Positions 44,680 through 54,671 of a stretch of DNA of 64,000 bases are shown here, piece after piece. The stretch spans positions 25,857 to 89,856 of the forward strand of contig JAGWBM010000029.1 in NCBI GenBank assembly GCA_021295895.1, read 5' to 3'. The stretch's first letter is position 1, and every line of letters starts with the position of its first letter. Under the pieces are notes generated by a model. The model worked only from the letters and a program-made list of their open reading frames with translations. It was not told the origin of the DNA and did no database searches. This DNA is from Pseudomonadales bacterium. GTDB taxonomy: Bacteria; Pseudomonadota; Gammaproteobacteria; Pseudomonadales; Azotimanducaceae. The position numbers and the translations under genes were made by a program.

Positions 44680-47399
44680 TCAGTTTCCGGTGCGGCGCTC
44701 GAACACCACCAATAGGCTTGACTCGACTATCTCGAAGTTCGGGAAGAACACGAGCTGTTGAGACAGGCCGGCAAGGTAGACGTGCCGACCATCCGGGCTG
44801 GCGATGTACGACAGCACGTCGTCGATGTTCGGCAGGTCGTTTCCGAAGGTGTCCGTTCTGAACCCGGTCAGGGCCAGCAAGTCCCCGGGAAATACCGAGC
44901 TGAAACCGCCGACCTGAACCGTGTAGAGATAGCTCGAAGCACGGCAGGCGATGTCCGCCGCCAGAACGTCGTGACGGGCCAACGAGTGGCCACAGCTTGC
45001 GAAGAAGGACAGGAACGGTACGAACGAATCCTGTTTTCCGACAAATGACGGATTGGCGGGATCCGAGAGATCGAACGCGGCGGTATCTCCACCGCCTCTG
45101 CCCGACGACACGAAGAGATGTGACGTATGCACGGCGAGTCCTCGAGCCTGCGCAAGTCCCTCCACGATCACTTCATCGTCGCCGACGGTGCTTCCCTCGG
45201 CGACGGTCGACACCATGTCGAGTGCTCCGGTTTCGGCGTTCCGTTCGAAAGCGATTAACTGCGGTCTGCCTGCAAAGCCCGCTGTGACGGCGCACAGGTG
45301 AGAACCGTCGGCGGTCATCGCGGCTTTCGTGACGCCGTCGATCATGATCTGTTCGACAGACGTCGACGCGGTGTGCTCGTCGGTGAACTGGTAGGTCTCG
45401 ACCATGAAGGTGGGCATGACGATGTGGAACCGTCAATCAGCACTGCTTCTCTCGGGCATGGGCCGCCCTCCACCCTGCCCGCGTACTCGATGCCCCCACC
45501 GTCGACGGGGGTAAACCGCGCCCAGCCGTCGCAGGAAACGACGAGTAGTGCCGAGCCCGTTTGGTCCCACAACAGCTGGATGTCGGGATCTTCGAGGGGG
45601 AACTCGGCGAGTATCTGCACGAGGTCAGTTCACCGGTGTTCGCGTCTCGCCCGAAGACCACGATCCCGAACTCGGAGGCGACATAGAGTTCCGTTCCGTC
45701 GGCATTGAAGGCTTGGGCGCCCAATCCGTCGAATTGCGTTTCCGACCCGACGACGATCCCGGGCTGGTTGTCGGGGATGACTTCTACGAAGCGCAGTCGG
45801 GCCGGTGGGCTTGCGGGGCTCCAGGACAACTCGAAAGGCCCTCGTTCACGTCCACCGAAACCGTTCCTGTCGTAGATGTAGCTTCCGAGGCGGATGACGT
45901 ATCGAACGCCGGCTTCGGCCTCGAAGTTCATGGCGGCCTCTCCGGGGGCTAAGCTGCGGCTCGTGTGCAGCAACTCGAGGTTGCCGTCGGCGCCCGTCCG
46001 GTAGATGGCGAGCTTGATGCCTTCGCTCCCCGCCACCACGAACCGCGTCCAGCCGCTTTCCGCGGGTTCGAAGGTCCACCACAGTGAGGAGTCGCCCAAC
46101 GCGCCCGTACGCTCACCGGGTTTGTTGGTGGCGAACTTGTTGGAGCCGGTAACCGACCCGGACTCGCCCATCAGCGCGATGGCGTTGGCCAAGTCGTCGT
46201 TTTCGGGTGTCTTGCCCCACTGCAGGACCATTTCCACCGGATTCACGGAGGTGTGGGCGGCGTCCCCCGGTAGCCCCAGTGCGAACGCATACGACTCGCC
46301 CGCCTCGGTATCGAACGCCAGCCGCAGGTCGGTGTTGGCGGCGACGTTCGTAGCCACCGGTTCGAGTGCGGCGAGTTCCGTGCCTTTGAATACCGACATC
46401 TGCAACGGGGCATCGCCGATGTCACGAGAGAATCCGGGGTCCACCTGCCAGGTGTAACGGCCACCGGCGGCGGGTTGGTGCCAAACGTACCAGGCCGTCC
46501 GGACGCCGGACTCGACCGGTTCGCCGTGTTCCACCGTCAGCAAGTCGAAGTTCGCGTGGGTTGGCGCGAAGTTGCCGAGCACCGCCTGCGCGGAGGCGAA
46601 GTCGTCATCGTCCGGATCCTCCCGCATGCCCGGCACCCAGGACAGGGTGAACTCGGTGCCGGAGTAGTAGGCGGAAGCCGACGCGATGGCGATGTAGTAC
46701 TCGACGCCCTGTGTGGCGGGGAACACGGCATCGCCGGGAACTTGGTCGCAGGAGCGGACATCAGCCGGGCGTCCGACACGGTTTCGCCGGTGAAGACCGA
46801 AAGCGCCAAACCGCGCCGGTTTACCGAGAATTCCCAGTCGCCGGTCGTCGGCGCTGTCCAACGGTACCAGACGCTGGCTCCCCAGCCGTGGAGGACTAGG
46901 GGGTGTACGCGCTTGTGTGGCCGATGAACTTGCCGGGCTCGATTGTCGCCGCCTGGTTGTTGCCGGTCACGCTGCCGTTCTCGCCTTCGATGATGGCGGC
47001 GTGGGAGAAGTGGTCGTTCTCGGGTGCCGCAGCCGGCCCCCATTTCACGGTTAGTCGGGGCGTGGACGCCTGCCGCAATTCGAAGTTGCCCTCTTCGTCC
47101 TCCTCTACATGTGTGAGTCCGGTGGGGTGAATCGTTAGCCGGACTCGGTAGGTCTCGCCCCGTTCGGCATGGAAGGCGAGCCCGCCGCCGTCGAGTCCAG
47201 CCAAGGGTCCATCGGGAAAGGCCTCGATCACGACGGAGTCCGAATAGTCGTCCAGATGCGACCGCACAATCGTGAACCGGACCAGACCATGGTCGGGCGC
47301 CGTCCACAGGTACCACAGCGAGCGGTACCGCTGCGGGTGGCTAGAACCAACCGGGATGGGCGGTTCACCTTGGTCAACGGCCGCCACTGGAAATGGCAA
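44680..47399 (-). pseudogene. repeat-rich exported protein (PxNDxF..A / WYxWTAP modules plus C-terminal beta-propeller), 5'-truncated, about 4 frameshifts
   Basis: Modules PENDHFSHA, PDDDDFASA, PENDDLANA, SLWYLWTAP, SVWYRWTAP continue across frame changes near 46900, 46735, 45625 and 45430; ends in SPDGRHVY..FER. Confidence 0.7.
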
Positions 47400-47686
47400 C
47401 GGCCGCTACTCGGACGGCCGCTACTCGGAGACGGCCGCTACTCGGACACACACCACCAAACGTGATGTGACCGTGACATCACGCGTCCGGTGGAATGCTT
47501 CGCTCGGAGGGATGCTTCACTCGGAAGGATGCTTCACTAGGCCGCCCCTCGGACACACACCACCAAACGTGAAGTGACCGTGACATCACGCGTCCGGTGG
47601 GATGCTTCACTCGGAAGGATGCTTCACTCGGACATGCTTCACTCGGACACACACCGCCAAGTGTGATGGGACCGTGACATCATCGT
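47397..47686 (+). repeat. nested repeat array: 3 x (short triplicated unit + CTCGGACACACACC-hairpin)
   Basis: Core at 47441, 47548 and 47642; preceded by GGCCGCTACTCGGA x3 and by ATGCTTC(A/G)CTCGGA-type triplets twice. Confidence 0.92.
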
Positions 47687-47812
47687 GGCTACCGGTGATT
47701 TCTCGCCGGTTTTTCGGGGTCTCGTTCCTACCCACTTCGGCGCTTCCGTCCTACGCCGCATATGGTGGATGGCGGGCATAAATCGCCGCCTGGCTGGGGG
47801 ACACTATTCGGC

Positions 47813-48772
47813 ATGGCAACGCCCCGCAGACTGCTAGTGGATCCCGAGAACGCGTGCGCCTATCACTTGGCGTCGAAGTGCACTCGGGGCATGTTCCTAT
47901 GTGGTTGGGATCGTCTGACGCGCAAACAGTACGGACACCGCCGGCGCTGGCTGGTCAAGCGGGCCCGAATGCTGGCGTCGTGCTTTGCGGTCGACTTGCT
48001 CACTTACACGGTGATGAGCAACCACTTCCACTTGATAGCGATCTACGACCCGAAGGCTAGCGAGACCTGGTCCGACCAAGAGGTGGCACGCCGTTGGGTC
48101 GACGCGTTTCCGCCGCGCAAGCCGAGTTCGAGGGTCCGCGGCAAGTTTGCAGCGGCAAGGATGTGGGAGCTACGCAAGGCCGAACGGAGAACACTGATGT
48201 TGTCCGACGCCGACCGGCTTGAGCGGGCTCGGTGCACGTTGGGATCGCTGTCCTCGTTCATGAAGCACTTGAAGCAGCCGATCGCACGGCGGGCGAACCT
48301 CGAGGACGACTGCGAAGGGCATTTCTTCGAGCAGCGGTTCTATTCCGGAGCACTCTTGAACGAGAAGGCGATCATCGCGGCCTCGGCGTACGTGGATCTC
48401 AACCCGGTGCGCGCCGACCTGGTGGAGCGGCTCGACGAATACGAGGAAGCATCGATTGCCGAGCGGGTCCGGGAAGATAGCCCGGAGCGGCTGAACGATT
48501 ACCTCCGTCCTATCGCCTCGGGACTCGGCCCGCAGCAGTATCGGTCATTCGTGGACATCACTCTCGGCGACTACGTGGGTTTGCTGGAGGGGATGATCGC
48601 GGCACAAACGACACCCGAGAAGAAAACCGTTCAATCCGATCGGATCTCGGATTGGCGGGCACGGATGTTCGCGCTCAGCAAACGACAGCGCGCCTACGGT
48701 TCGGCGGAACAGCTTAGGGCATGGTCAAGCGAGCGCGGCCTGCGGTGCCTCGAGACGCCTCTGCCCAGCTGA
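47813..48772 (+). mobile_element. HUH/Y1 tyrosine transposase-like nuclease (large RAYT-like family)
   Basis: YHLASKC..MFLCG, YTVMSNHFH (HUH), LSSFMKHL, RRANLEDDCEGHFFEQRF, YVDLNPVRA (catalytic Tyr). Confidence 0.88.
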
Positions 48773-48855
48773 CCACTGCGACCCGTTCGGCGTGGCTGGA
48801 TCGGGGCACGGCGGTGCGGAGCCTAGGTGAAGCACCTGCCCGGCCTGCGTCCCTC

Positions 48856-49221
48856 CTACTCGACGCGCAGCACCATGAAGTCGACGGCGGCCGCTAGCTC
48901 GTCGTCCGAACACGAGCCGCACCCCGCCCGGGGAGGCATACCGGGCGCCATGCCCTCGATGACGCTGTTCAGTAGTTCGGCGCGAGTCTTGGTTAGGCGC
49001 GGCGCCCAGGCCTCCTTGTCGCCGAGCATTGGCGCATCGGCGATCCCGGCTTGGTGACAGGCGTAGCAGTACCGCTGGTAGATATCTTTACCGGGATGGT
49101 CGACCACCTCGGTCCCCGAACCGCAGCCGGTGCATAAAAGTGCCGCGGCGATGGTCGCGACGAAACTTGCTCCCGTGATCATGCGTCCGGCGGAGCGCGG
49201 GGTGGTGCGACTACCGCTCAT
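48856..49221 (-). CDS. cytochrome c5-like lipoprotein
   Basis: Lipobox-like LLCTGC, CYACH, AP..GDKEAW.PR, MPPRAGCGSCSDDE. Confidence 0.88.
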   Translation of the reverse strand: MSGSRTTPRSAGRMITGASFVATIAAALLCTGCGSGTEVVDHPGKDIYQRYCYACHQAGIADAPMLGDKEAWAPRLTKTRAELLNSVIEGMAPGMPPRAGCGSCSDDELAAAVDFMVLRVE

Positions 49222-50003
49222 GACTCGACCTTGAAGTCGTCGGCATCGCGCCAGGCGGGGAAACGCTGCCGATAGGCTTCCAAGGCGTCGAGATCGAGGG
49301 ATGCCGTGTGCGCGCCCGGTTCGTCGGTTCCTTCCACTAGGGCGGTGCCGTTCCAATCGTAGACCGCGCTACCGCCGCGATACTCGACGTTGTTTCCGTC
49401 GACCCCGACCCGGTTCACGCCGACCACGTAGCATTGGTTCTCGACGGCTCTCGCGCGAAGCAGCGCGTCCCAAGCCGATTGACGCGCCGCGGGCCAGTTG
49501 GCTACGCACAGCATGACGTCGTAGTCGTTCCTACACCGCAGCCAGACCGGAAACCGCAAGTCATAGCAGACGCTGACGCACAGGCGCCACGAGCCGAGGG
49601 TCACAACGACCCGTTCGCGGCCAGCAGCGTAGTGTTCGTCCTCGCCGGCCATCCGGAACAGGTGCCGCTTGTCGTACACCGTCGCGCGCCCATCCGGCGG
49701 CATCCATACCAGCCGGTTGAAATAGGAGCCGTCCTCGATCACGACGCTACCGACGATGGTGACGTCACGTTGGGCTGCTTCGCTGCGTAGCCAGGCGACC
49801 GTTTCGCCGTTCATCGTCTCGGCCACTTTCCGGGAACTCATGGTGAATCCGGTGCTGAACATCTCCGGAAGGACGATGAGATCGACGCCGTCCTTGATCG
49901 TATCGATGATCCGTGTGAAGGCCTCGCGGTTCGCGGCGGGATCGTGCCAGGCCGGTGCCGTTTGAATGAGCGCTACCCGCAATCTTGCCCCTACAGCCGG
50001 CAT
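49218..50003 (-). CDS. yafV: omega-amidase (YafV, nitrilase family)
   Basis: LPEMFSTGF, YDKRHLF, VCYDLRFPVW, ANWP. Confidence 0.88.
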   Translation of the reverse strand: MPAVGARLRVALIQTAPAWHDPAANREAFTRIIDTIKDGVDLIVLPEMFSTGFTMSSRKVAETMNGETVAWLRSEAAQRDVTIVGSVVIEDGSYFNRLVWMPPDGRATVYDKRHLFRMAGEDEHYAAGRERVVVTLGSWRLCVSVCYDLRFPVWLRCRNDYDVMLCVANWPAARQSAWDALLRARAVENQCYVVGVNRVGVDGNNVEYRGGSAVYDWNGTALVEGTDEPGAHTASLDLDALEAYRQRFPAWRDADDFKVES

Positions 50004-51136
50004 AGGATTTCCGCCGCCCGTTCTAACGTGGCGTCGTCCTTGGCGAAACAAAAACGCAAGAGCTCTTGATGTGGCGGTTCTAGGTAAAAGACAGAAATCG
50101 GGATCGAAGCAACCTTCTCCTCCCGCGTCCAACGCTTGGCCAACTCGGTGTCCGCCTCGTTGGTTATTGCGCCGTAATCGAGAAGCTGAAAAAACGTACC
50201 TGCGGACGGGGTTAGCTTGAATCGCGATTCCGCCAACAAGCCGCAGAACAGATCACGTTTTTCCTGGTAGAACGCTGCGAGGTTTTCATGGTGTTCGGGG
50301 CATTTCTCGAGAAAATCGGCGATGCCGTATTGCAGCGGCGTGGCGGTGGTGAACGTCACGAACTGGTGAATACGCCGAAATTCCGCGGTGAGCGGGGGAG
50401 GGGCCACGCAGTAGGCGACCTTCCACCCGGTCGTGTGGTAGGTCTTGCCGAAGGACGATACGACGAAGCTGCGCGCAAAGAGATCGGGGTAGCGGGTGAG
50501 ACTCACGTGGGGTCGTCCGTCGAACACGATGTGTTCGTAGACCTCGTCGGCAATGACGTAGAGGTCATGTCCAGCCGTCACGGTGCGCAGATTGTCGATG
50601 TCATCGGCGTCCCAGACGGCGCCGGTTGGATTGTGCGGCGTGTTGGTCATGATCAGCCGCGTCCTTGGCCCGATCGCGTCGGCAACCCGGTTCCAGTCGA
50701 TGCGGAAATCCGGCGCTTGCAAAGGGATGTGCCGACAGACCCCGCCCGCCAGGGTCACGGCGGGTTCGTAGGCGTCGTAGCAGGGATCGAAGACGATCGC
50801 CTCGTCGCCCGGTTGGATCACCGCGGTGACCGCGCAGAACAGCGCCTCCGTGGCGCCGGATGTCACCGTAACCTCCGACTCGGCGTCGATTTCGGCGCCG
50901 TAGAGGGTCCCAACCTTGTTGGCGATCGCCTCGCGCAGCGGTTCGATGCCGGCCATGGGCGGGTATTGGTTGTAGCCGTTGGTCAGGTAGTGACCGACCC
51001 GTTCAAGTAACAAAGGCGGGCCATCGAAGTCCGGATAGCCTTGGGAGAGATTGATGGCTCCTTCGTCGGCGGCGAGCTTGGACATCACGGTGAAGATGGT
51101 TGTGCCGACGCTGGGGAGCTTGCTGTTCAGGGACAA
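49991..51136 (-). CDS. ybdL: methionine aminotransferase (YbdL)
   Basis: SKLPSVGTTIF, INLSQGYPDF, SSFGKTYH.TGWK, RFCFAK; paired with yafV. Confidence 0.9.
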   Translation of the reverse strand: MSLNSKLPSVGTTIFTVMSKLAADEGAINLSQGYPDFDGPPLLLERVGHYLTNGYNQYPPMAGIEPLREAIANKVGTLYGAEIDAESEVTVTSGATEALFCAVTAVIQPGDEAIVFDPCYDAYEPAVTLAGGVCRHIPLQAPDFRIDWNRVADAIGPRTRLIMTNTPHNPTGAVWDADDIDNLRTVTAGHDLYVIADEVYEHIVFDGRPHVSLTRYPDLFARSFVVSSFGKTYHTTGWKVAYCVAPPPLTAEFRRIHQFVTFTTATPLQYGIADFLEKCPEHHENLAAFYQEKRDLFCGLLAESRFKLTPSAGTFFQLLDYGAITNEADTELAKRWTREEKVASIPISVFYLEPPHQELLRFCFAKDDATLERAAEILCRL

Positions 51137-51294
51137 GTCGTGCGGTGTATCGCTCGGATGCTGAGGATTCTGCCACATCGCAACGTGCGTAAGCCGCCAA
51201 GGCACCGCGACCGGGAACTTTTCGCCGAAATCCGTGTCGAGACCTGAGAACAGAGGGTTTTCAGCAGGTTACGAAAACCAGGCCCATATCGGGT

Positions 51295-51337
51295 CTCGGA
51301 CACACACCACTTCGGGCAAGATCACTATGATGTCATC
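51295..51337 (+). repeat. dispersed CTCGGACACACACC element upstream of gspE
   Basis: CTCGGACACACACCAC...TGATGTCATC with the same spacing to TCA as the array copies. Confidence 0.75.
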
Positions 51338-51415
51338 CACCGAGCCTAGGCGGGCGAGCGGGACCCGGGCCTGTCCTCGGCTTCCTCGCCCCTCGTCGCC
51401 GAGTATCATGGCCGC

Positions 51416-53092
51416 ATGAAACGCTTGGGCGAGTTGCTCGTCGAACGCAACGCCATCCAGCCTTCCGACCTCGAGAAGGCTCTCTACATCCAGAGGACGG
51501 CTGGCGGGAAACTTGGTGCGCTGCTGGTCCGGACCGGCGCGATCTCCGAGGACGTGCTCCTTGCGACGCTGTCGGACCAGTTGGGGGTCGTCTATCTCCG
51601 TGACGCCGACGACCTGCCCGAGCAACTCGACGTCTACCGCGCCATGGCCGAGTCGCCCATCAAGCTCGATTGGCTCTTGGACCACGCGACCGTGCTTTGG
51701 GAGCGGGATGGCACCATCTGCTGCACCGCCAAGGACACTCGCGACCACGCCTTGGAGGAGACCTTCAACTATTTCTATCCCGGCGAAGAGATCACCTACT
51801 ACCTGGCACCCAACCACCAGATCGACCGGATGCTGGACGGTGTGCGCAAGGAGCGGGCCATCGAGGACCTGTTCTCCGGCGACGATGCCAAGGCGCTGCG
51901 CGAGATGGCGGAAGAGGCGCCGGTCATCGAGTTGGTCAACAACCTCCTGTCGACGGCCGTGGATCTCGGGGCCTCCGACATCCACGTCGAGCCCATGGAG
52001 GAACAGTTCGTCGTCCGCATGCGGGTCGACGGTGTGCTCCACACCCGACTGACCCAGCCCATCGACCGTTTCCCGGCGGTGGCGTCGCGCATCAAGCTGA
52101 TTGCCGGAATCGACATCGCCCAACGCCGTCTCCCCCAGGACGGGGGCATCAGGGAACGCATCTCGGGCAGGAACATGGATATCCGGGTCTCCACCGTTCC
52201 GTGCACCTTCGGCGAGTCCATCGTGCTGCGCATGCTCGACCAGGAACGTGGCGACCAGGCGCTCGAGAACCTCGGCATGGAGCCCGACCACCTGACGATG
52301 TTCCGAGGCTGGCTGCGTGCCAGCAACGGCATCGTGCTCGTCACCGGTCCAACGGGCTCGGGCAAATCCACGACGCTAGCGGCGGCGATCGAAGACATCG
52401 ACGACGGGATCAAGAAGATCATCACCGTCGAGGATCCGGTCGAATACCAGATGCCGAGCATCACCCAGATCCAGGTGCACGCCGAGATCGGCTACACCTT
52501 CGCAACGGCCCTCCGGCACATCCTGCGCCAGGACCCGGACGTCATCATGATCGGCGAGATCCGTGACCTCGAGACCGCCGAAATCGCCATCCGTTCGGCG
52601 CTAACCGGCCACGTCGTCCTGTCGACGGTCCACACCAACGACGCCGTGTCGAGTTTCACCCGCCTGATCGACATGGGCGTGGAACGTTTTCTGGTCGCCT
52701 CGCCGACCAACGGCGTCCAAGCCCAGCGCCTCGTCCGGCGGGTGTGCTCCCATTGCGCCGAACCCATCGACGAACCCGCCTTGGCCATGGAACTCGTACA
52801 CGCGGCAACCGCCCATCAACTTGGGACTCAGTGGGTCCGCGCCGTCGGCTGCGATGCCTGCCAACACACGGGCTATCGCGGGCGAATGGGCATCTACGAA
52901 CTGGTGCCCATCAACACGGAACTCCAGGACATGATCGTCTCAGGCGCGTCGCTGATCGAGTTGAAGCGTTTCGCCCACGATGACCAGGGCCACCGCACCC
53001 TGCTCCAGGACGGCCTGCTCAAGGCATCGCAGGGCCGGACCACGGTAGAAGAGGTCCTGCGTCAGACACTGACGGGCACCGACGAAACGTAG
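51416..53092 (+). CDS. gspE: T2SS ATPase
   Basis: RLGELL N-domain, ASDIHVEP, GPTGSGKST, EDPVE, LRQDPD, Cys zinc motif. Confidence 0.93.
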   Translation: MKRLGELLVERNAIQPSDLEKALYIQRTAGGKLGALLVRTGAISEDVLLATLSDQLGVVYLRDADDLPEQLDVYRAMAESPIKLDWLLDHATVLWERDGTICCTAKDTRDHALEETFNYFYPGEEITYYLAPNHQIDRMLDGVRKERAIEDLFSGDDAKALREMAEEAPVIELVNNLLSTAVDLGASDIHVEPMEEQFVVRMRVDGVLHTRLTQPIDRFPAVASRIKLIAGIDIAQRRLPQDGGIRERISGRNMDIRVSTVPCTFGESIVLRMLDQERGDQALENLGMEPDHLTMFRGWLRASNGIVLVTGPTGSGKSTTLAAAIEDIDDGIKKIITVEDPVEYQMPSITQIQVHAEIGYTFATALRHILRQDPDVIMIGEIRDLETAEIAIRSALTGHVVLSTVHTNDAVSSFTRLIDMGVERFLVASPTNGVQAQRLVRRVCSHCAEPIDEPALAMELVHAATAHQLGTQWVRAVGCDACQHTGYRGRMGIYELVPINTELQDMIVSGASLIELKRFAHDDQGHRTLLQDGLLKASQGRTTVEEVLRQTLTGTDET

Positions 53093-53155
53093 ACCGCTAG
53101 CCCCGTGGCCGACTCTTCCTGCTGGCCCGACTCGTACACTTGTGTTTATTCCGGA

Positions 53156-53199
53156 CTCGGACACACACCGCCTTTGGTGATGTTGCGGTGGTGTCACCC
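53156..53199 (+). repeat. dispersed CTCGGACACACACC element between gspE and gspF
   Basis: CTCGGACACACACCGC-CTTT-GGTGATGTT-GCGGT-GGTGTCACC hairpin; partial stutters just upstream. Confidence 0.8.
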
Positions 53200-53474
53200 G
53201 CCCCCACCGCCAAACGCCCCGGATTGAGCGCCTGCCCCCCCTGTGCTACGTTGCCGACGTCGAGGCCCGAGGATGGATCCATGGGCGAAGCACTCGCATT
53301 GACGTTGACCGCATTGCGCACCAAGTCGAGGTGCGACCGCGCCACTGGCGGAACTTCCCGCGAACCCCGGGGTCTACATGCCCACTTGCGTGCCGGCATC
53401 CTCGGGGGGAGCGCCGCCGGACGCTGTAGGCAACCCGAGCGAGCACACAGGATCCCGTTGCTCCTGCTACCAAT

Positions 53475-54671
53475 ATGCCCCAGTACGACTACGAGATCGT
53501 CAACGGCGAAGGCGAACTGACCAAGGGCCAGATCGAGGCCGCGTCGCCCGCGGAGGTCGCCCGCCGCCTTGGCAGCGACGGCCAAACGCTGGTCGGCGTC
53601 AAGGAATCCCCGGCCACCACGCTTCCGACTTTCCGTCGGCGACTACGCACCGTCGACCTGGTGATCGCCTTCCGCGAACTCGCGACGCTGCTGTCTTCCG
53701 GCGTGTCCTTGGGCGACGCGGTGATCTCACAGAGCAAGGGCAGCTACCACCCGCAGCTGGTTGCCGCGTTCGACGAGATCTCCAAGGAACTGATGCGCGG
53801 CGCCAACTTCCTCGGCGCCGTCCGCGCCGCCAAGCTGCCATTGCCCGACCATCTCTACCACCTTGTCGAGGCCGGCGAGCTGAGCGGTCACCTCGCCGAA
53901 TCGCTCACCCGCGCGGTCGAGCAGATGGAATACGACCGCCACGTGGCCGGCGAGCTACGCAGTGCGCTCACCTACCCCGCGATCCTCGTCGCGTCCTGCG
54001 CGGCTGCGGTGCTCGCGGTGTTCTTCTTCGTCGTCCCGGAGTTCGTGCACCTGCTCGAGGGCGACGCCGAACTGCCGCTCGTCTCGGAACTCGTTCTCGG
54101 TACCGGCGCCTGGTTCAACGACAACCGCTGGCTGGTCGTCGCGATCGTGATCGCCGTGGCGTTCACCGTCGCCGCCCTGTTCAGGAACCCGAACATACGC
54201 CAACGGTTCGTGGACACCCTGGCCCGCCTACCCCTGCTCGGGCAATGGTATTCGGAGACCGACACCGCCAAGTGGGCGATGGTGATGAGCGCCATGCTGA
54301 CGAGCCGGGTCGAACTGGTCGGCGCCTTGGGCCTCGCGGCCCGCGGCGTGCGGGTCTCCCGACGCCGGGCCATGCTCGACCGGGCATTGGCGGACGTGCG
54401 CGGTGGCGAAACCCTGTCGACCGCGCTCGAGAAGCAGGATGCGCTCACCGCCACCGGCTACAACCTCATCCGGGTCGGCGAACAGTCGGGACAACTCCCC
54501 GAGATGATGCGTTCCCTCGCGACCCTCTACGAGGAGAACAGTTCGCGGCGCATGAAGCGCGTCCTCACCCTCATCGAACCCGTGGCGATCCTCGCCATCG
54601 GCGCGTTCATCGGCACCATCTTCATCGGCGTAATACTCGCAATAACGGCGGTCAACAATGTCCCATTCTGA
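53475..54671 (+). CDS. gspF: T2SS inner membrane platform protein
   Basis: ELATLLSSGV, AGELSG, ALTYP, VGEQSG, LIEP. Confidence 0.93.
   Translation: MPQYDYEIVNGEGELTKGQIEAASPAEVARRLGSDGQTLVGVKESPATTLPTFRRRLRTVDLVIAFRELATLLSSGVSLGDAVISQSKGSYHPQLVAAFDEISKELMRGANFLGAVRAAKLPLPDHLYHLVEAGELSGHLAESLTRAVEQMEYDRHVAGELRSALTYPAILVASCAAAVLAVFFFVVPEFVHLLEGDAELPLVSELVLGTGAWFNDNRWLVVAIVIAVAFTVAALFRNPNIRQRFVDTLARLPLLGQWYSETDTAKWAMVMSAMLTSRVELVGALGLAARGVRVSRRRAMLDRALADVRGGETLSTALEKQDALTATGYNLIRVGEQSGQLPEMMRSLATLYEENSSRRMKRVLTLIEPVAILAIGAFIGTIFIGVILAITAVNNVPF

Noticed and set aside
47397..47686. CRISPR array
   Set aside because: The inter-repeat segments are themselves tandem repeats rather than unique spacers, the periods are uneven (107 and 94 bp), and there are no cas genes in the window
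48818..51350. GAGCCTAGG shared downstream of the nuclease and near the 51295 element as a right end
   Set aside because: A 9-bp match is too short to distinguish from chance
53390..53432. Possible fourth repeat family shared with 39968-40013
   Set aside because: Only the terminal 6-7 nt match (GCCGGC...TGTAGGC); the interior does not align
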